From assembly GCF_016432865.1 (NCBI RefSeq), contig NC_067403.1, positions 264,058,001 to 264,122,000 of the forward strand: a DNA stretch of 64,000 nucleotides. The letters are read 5' to 3'. The translations under genes were made by a program, and so were the position numbers. Below, piece by piece: positions 58,561 through 64,000 of this stretch. The stretch is from Antechinus flavipes. Its lineage: Eukaryota. Under the pieces are notes generated by a model. The model searched no databases. It was not told the DNA's origin and worked only from the letters and a program-made list of their open reading frames with translations. Positions within the stretch are counted from its first letter, which is position 1. The number at the start of each line of letters is the position of its first letter.

Positions 58561-61429
58561 GGACTTCTCGGGGTCCAAGTTTGGTTAATAATGGCACAGA
58601 GGTCACTGTCATTCTCCACTCCCAACTCTCTCTTCTTTCTTCCCTCCCTCTTTCCCTTCCTTCCTTTCTTCCTTCCATGCTCTTTCTTTCCTTTTTTCAT
58701 CCCTTTCTCCTTCTCTCTCTCTGTCTGCTTCTGCCACTCAGTCACCATTCAGTTTTAATTGTCCATGTGATCTCATATGGACTTTGAGAGCCCTTTGAAA
58801 TGAGTGATCCCCTGTGCACTCCCATCTCAGGATGCTCATTCACACAAGAGCAGGAACAGATAAACAGAAAAGAAACAGAAGCAGGAGGACTCAGGGAATG
58901 GAAGATGGGAGAGGTGGGAGAAAAGCAGCCACCCCTACCTTTCTTCTTATAGAGCTCATATCAGATCTCTACTTGTAAAGCTGTCTGGGAAGAAGAGAGA
59001 AATATTGATTGCTCCAATCTTGCCGGGGCACGCTCAGTTCTGACTGTTCTCTCCTGAGTCATTTCCTCCAGAATAGAAACAAATTTAAAGGTTTCCCATC
59101 ATCCTATTCTATTAGCTTTATGTCATCATGACTGGAACCCCCCTCGGGTTTCCAAATGTTGGTTGGAATCAGGCAAGGCACACCTGCATTGTGTTCTAAG
59201 GACTAGGTCACTCACTGTCCAGGTCCCCATCTCTCCAGTTGCAAAATGTGTACTTGTGGCCGGTCTGCATCTGGTCCAAGAAAGAGAATATAGAAATTCC
59301 TTAATCAAGAGGGTAACAGGCTTAGATCTCTGCTTTAGGAAAGATGTTGCTTTAGGAAACATCCCTTTGGATGGAGAGTGGACTGGAGTGTGGACAGTTG
59401 AGGCCATGGTGGGAGGAGGGAGAGGTGATGAAGGACTGTAAAACAAGGGTGAGAAAAAGTGGAGACCTGGAGGAGAGAGCATGTAGCTCAGTGAAACACT
59501 CGCTCAAGATTCTCTAAGTCAAAGCTTTCTTTTGAAGGAGGGCCCAAGAGCGTGGGTAACTAATTGGTAATTGAGATCAGGAGGAAGAAACTTTTTAGAC
59601 CATAATTTTGGCTCTAAGCCATGTAAGGAATACTAAGGCTTTTAAAAACAAAATCTTTTTCAGACAGTTGCTTAGTCATCTGTTAAAAAGTTAGTCAGAA
59701 ACCCACAAGGACATCAAGAGCAATCAAGGGTGGGTGCTATATGAAAGCTTCTTGGGGACAGTGACTAGCTTTTGTAATCAGGACTGGTGGCCAAAGATTC
59801 GAAAAGAATCTTTGCCCCTAGTCCTCCTCCACTAGAGTGGAAGCTTCTTTGGAGCAGGGACTGGCTATGTAATGAGGGGTGGAGATTCATGTTGTGTAAC
59901 TTCCAATTAATGGGGAATCAGGGGAAGAATTTGTGCTTCAGGAGAGGAAATAAAATGCTGCCTTTGGAGTTTCAAAGGGGTGTCTACTCACCTAGGCAGC
60001 ATTCTTGCAAGAATGTAAAATAAATCTTTTTCTGTATTCATCGATTAAAAAACAAAACAAAACAAAATAAAACAAAAAACCAAAACAATTAGTCAAGACA
60101 AACTTGGTGACCTGGATTCAAGGAACAATTTATGAGGCAAGTGTTCCTTCTGTGGGCCCAGAAAGTCTAAACATGTTAGTGATTTTTGAAAATATTTCTG
60201 TTAGTAATTTTCTCAGTTAATCTAAGGCTAAGGGTTAGGGTCCAGCAATACTTGGCAAATACTTGGCAAGGATTGGACACAGGTGGGGCCAGAGAGTATC
60301 ACCCATTGGGATACTATCAAGGGGATTCCTCTTCAGGTAAAGTGTCAGTAAGTGTTGCCAGAGACCAGGGATTTGGGCAGCTCTTGTACCCACTACCCAA
60401 TAACTAGAGAAGCTACAGTGACATTTATGCTTAGCACAGTACCTGACCTGTGATAAATAGTTATTGACTGATTGTTTGAACATAGAATTAGGAACTCTGG
60501 GAAGGGAGACAAAGAGAATCGATCTTGGCCAGGTGGGCAGAAACAGGAAAAACTGCCCATTAAGCCCTGAGCACTCTGCTTGGCCAAGCTTCCAATCTCC
60601 ACTTGCAATTGTGAGTACTGGGCTTTGGAAGTTGGGGACCAATGATCCCCACATCTACTTTCTGGTGAAGGGGATTTCATGCTGGGCTCAGATCCTCACT
60701 AGACTCTTGGTTCCTTGTGGAAGGTGGAGCCAAGGGGAAAGACTGATTATCTTTTTCTTCAAATGTTCTGCTTCAGATGGCTCCCTGCCCTTCCTTGTAG
60801 CACTGAGTCCTCCCAGCTCTCCCTCCAGCAAACCCCCCTTTGGAGTTCTAGGGCTGACTCTGAAGACTTGGGTTGATTCTTTTAATGTTCCCAGCTGGAG
60901 CTCCCTCACATGTTCTCCCTCCACATCAGTCACTGATCTATGCCACTGAGTGACCCAGTACAGTTTTAACGGATTCATCTCCATTCACTTTAGAAGGGGC
61001 TGTTTCCTGGGAAGATACAGCAGGAAGAGCGGATGGGGAGCGATCTTCTGGCTCAAATTTCAAGTGGTCGCTGCAAAGCATTCACTCTCTTCTCGAGTTT
61101 ATCCACAAAGTCCAAAGAATAGCAGGGAAAGAAGTTGCTCCACAAAACATCTCAGCCTCTGTCCTAGATCCCTCAGGTCTCCCTCCCAGAAGCCGTGGCT
61201 ACTTCCATTACTCCTTCACAGGAAATAATCCTATCCGCTCACATTTATACAGCCCTCACTGGGTGGGCGTGTTGATTCTTTATAGATGTTATTTCATCTA
61301 GAGGTCACGAAGAATTGGATAGAACTAAGTATAACAACAACAAAATCCATCTAATCTTCCTCACAACCACCCTGGCAGGTAGGTGACATCATTATACCCA
61401 TTTTATGATTAAGGTTCATCAGCTGATTG

Positions 61430-62170
61430 TTGTCTCGAAGAGGACCAAACGGACATCACTATGTTAGTCGAGTTCCGGTGCGTCCGGCTGTGGCCGATGA
61501 GACCAAGACGAGCTCGGAGGGCTCTGCCCTGGTGGGACACAAGTAGCCCCTAGGAACATTTGGGGGCTTCTCTAGCTTTGTGCATCTTCTGAGTTAAGTC
61601 TGCTTTGCTCCTAGAGCCCGGCCCCTTCTCGAGGAGGGCATGCCATGCTGGGTGGTCCTGGGCCAGCGTCTCGTGTCATAGGCTCAGTTCTAAAGCTTAG
61701 GGGAGACTTGGAGTGGGTCCTTGTCTTGCTCTTTTCTGACTATGTCACGAGTGCTCGCCCTGTGTGAGTTCTCCATAGAATAATTGTTTTTGGCGAGTGT
61801 ACGTCTGGCATTCGAACAGCGTGGCCAGCCCGACAGCCCGGTCCAACGGGGCTCTCCGCGGGACAGCTGGAACGCCCGGCAGTTGAGTTCGAGGAAGGAT
61901 CTGGGGTGTGAGGTCTCAGCCTGCCGGGGGGTCTTCAGACAATTCAGATGGAAGCGACTCGGTTTTCTGGCGAGGCATGGGTAGACTGTCCAGGTTTCAC
62001 AGAGTTCAGCACCCCGGCTCCGGAAACCTTCAGTTTGGTCCCTCTCCTCTCCCACACTTCCCTGCGGAGTCTGGCCACCATTGAGCTAGCTCGGGCAATG
62101 CGTGTGTCAGTCTCAATACCAGTGTGGCCATCCCTGGAAAGTATCCCGCCAAGCTAAGGGAACTTTCATT
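61430..62170 (-). mobile_element. RTE-clade LINE fragment
   Basis: Minus-strand LGGILSRDG..IETDTRIARASSMVARLRRK, homologous to the 36900-37130 copy. Confidence 0.7.
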
Positions 62171-63059
62171 CAAAATGTCGTGCTGGCCTGGGTTCCAAAC
62201 GTGGAATCAAAGGCAACTACAGGGCTGAAGGTCAGTTCTTCAACCTGAAAAGGCTGCAAGCCGAGCCTAGAGCGGAGGGAGCCTGCGGAGGGACTGGTTG
62301 TTTGCAGATGATTGTGCCCTCAGTAAGGAGAAAGCCTCTGCTGCTGGTGCTCATTTGGGCCTAACAATTCATAGCAAGAAAACCCAGGTCCTTCCTCAGC
62401 CAGCATTACATCATCCATATGGGGAACCCTCAGTTACTGCAAATGATGACATTTTTAACCATTAGGTAAACTGAGGCAAGCAGAGGTGAAGGGACTTGTC
62501 CAGGATCACTCAGTCAGTGTCTGAGGTGGGATTTGGACTCAGGTTTTTCTGACCACAGATCCAGAACTCTGTGCATCGAGGGCTCCTCGCTGCCAGGTTC
62601 TGATGCCAGAGAGCACCACTGAGTCACCCACGCAAGGGCTACAATCCAGGTGAGAGCAGAGACATAGAATCCTCTTGCCCACACTGCAGAGTAGAGGGCG
62701 GGGCCCTCCCCATGCCAGGCAGATTTTCTCCCTGTCCATGCTCCCACCCTGCCCCGCTTCTTGACCTGAGCCTCCAGAGAGAAGCACACTTCTGTCTCGG
62801 TGACCTCCTAAACCTCCTTTCATGAGTAGGTCCTGCTCATTTTGTTTGTTCTTAGCAGATTGCAGCCTGTCTTCCTCATTAGGCAGGGAGGGCTCTGAGA
62901 GCAGGGATTGTAGACATCTTTCTTTCTTTTTCTTTTTTTGATCATAATAGCTAAATTAAGTTTATTTGTTGAGTAAGTTATAAACAAAATTTTAATTTTA
63001 TTTAGGAATATCTTATGACAAACTAGTATCTGTTTCATTGTTTTTCTCTGATATATATT

Positions 63060-64000
63060 TAAATTTTTTTTTATTTAATAGCTTTTGGTTTACAAGTTAT
63101 GGGTAATTGCCAAACCTTTTGTTCCACTTTTTCTCCTCCTTCCCCCCATTCCCTCCTCCCGATGGCAGGTTGACCAATACATGTTAAATATGTTAAAGTA
63201 TAAATTAAATACAACATACGTATTTTTTTTTATTTTGCTGTATAGCTGTATAGAAAGAATCAGACTTTGAAATAGTGTACTATTATTAGTCTGTGAAGGA
63301 AATCAAAAATTCAGGCGGACAAAAATAGAGGGATTGAGAATTCTATGTAATGGTTCACAGTCATCTCCCAGAGTTCTTTTGCTGGGTGTAATTGGTTCAA
63401 TTCATTACTGCTCTATTGGAAGTGATTTAGTTCATCTCATTGTTGGAAGATGGCCATGTCCATCAGAATTGATCATCATATAGTATTGTTGTTGAAGTAT
63501 ATAATGATCTTTTGGTCCTGCTCATTTCACTCAGCATCAGTTCATGTAAGTCTCCCCAGACCTCTCTGAAATCCTCCTGCTGGTCATTTCTTACAGAACA
63601 ATAATATTCCATAACATTCATATACCACAATTTATCCAACCATTCTCCAATTAATGGGCATCCACTCAGTTTCCAGTTTCTGGCCACTACAAACAGGGCT
63701 GCCACAAACATTTGTGCACATACTTTCCCTTCTTTAAGACTTCTTTATGATATAGCCCAGTAGTATGCACAGTTTGATAACTCTTTGAGCTTTGTTCCAA
63801 ATTGCTCTCCAGAATGGCTGGATGTGTTCACAACTCCACCAACAATGTATCAGTGTCCCTGTTTTCCCACATCCCCTCCAACATTGCGCATTATCTTTCC
63901 CTGTCATTCTAGCCAATCTGACAGGTGTGTAGTGGTATCTCAGAGTTGTCTTAATTTGCATTTCTCTGATTAATAATGACTTGGAGCATCTTTTTATATG
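63060..64000 (-). mobile_element. LINE-1 3' portion (runs off the right edge)
   Basis: [33 protein letters not shown]..; MFVAALFVVARNWK..CPLIGEWLDKLWY.. = L1 ORF2 C-terminus. Confidence 0.92.

Noticed and set aside
1-64000. tRNA, rRNA or snRNA genes
   Set aside because: None recognised; tRNA-like A/B boxes belong to CORE-SINE heads

Overview
GC-rich eukaryotic (vertebrate) genomic window, inferred to be from an Australian dasyurid-type marsupial because it carries WSINE1-like SINEs, OposCharlie1-type hAT MITEs, marsupial L1 3' ends and RTE fragments. Gene order matches the human 11p15.5 block: PKP3 exon 1 (minus, 6513-6771; rest of gene off the left edge), complete 20-exon B4GALNT4 (minus, 21135-33666; exon lengths sum to 3237 nt = 1078 aa, all introns GT-AG with consistent phases), and a divergently oriented two-exon IFITM3-like gene (plus, 54297-54808). 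Between them lie a full-length DNAJA1 processed pseudogene broken by nested SINE/L1/solo-LTR insertions, several minisatellites and an orphan CpG island. A ~2.4 kb duplication flanks the IFITM gene and is followed by a probable decayed IFITM paralog. The most striking structure is a mosaic insertion in B4GALNT4 intron 6. It copies the intron-1/exon-2 splice acceptor into the loop of a perfect 46-bp inverted repeat, and one arm can alternatively pair (59/60) with the real intron-1 acceptor region. This is a candidate competing-RNA-structure splicing switch, poison acceptor or circRNA module. No CRISPR, rRNA or tRNA genes were seen.
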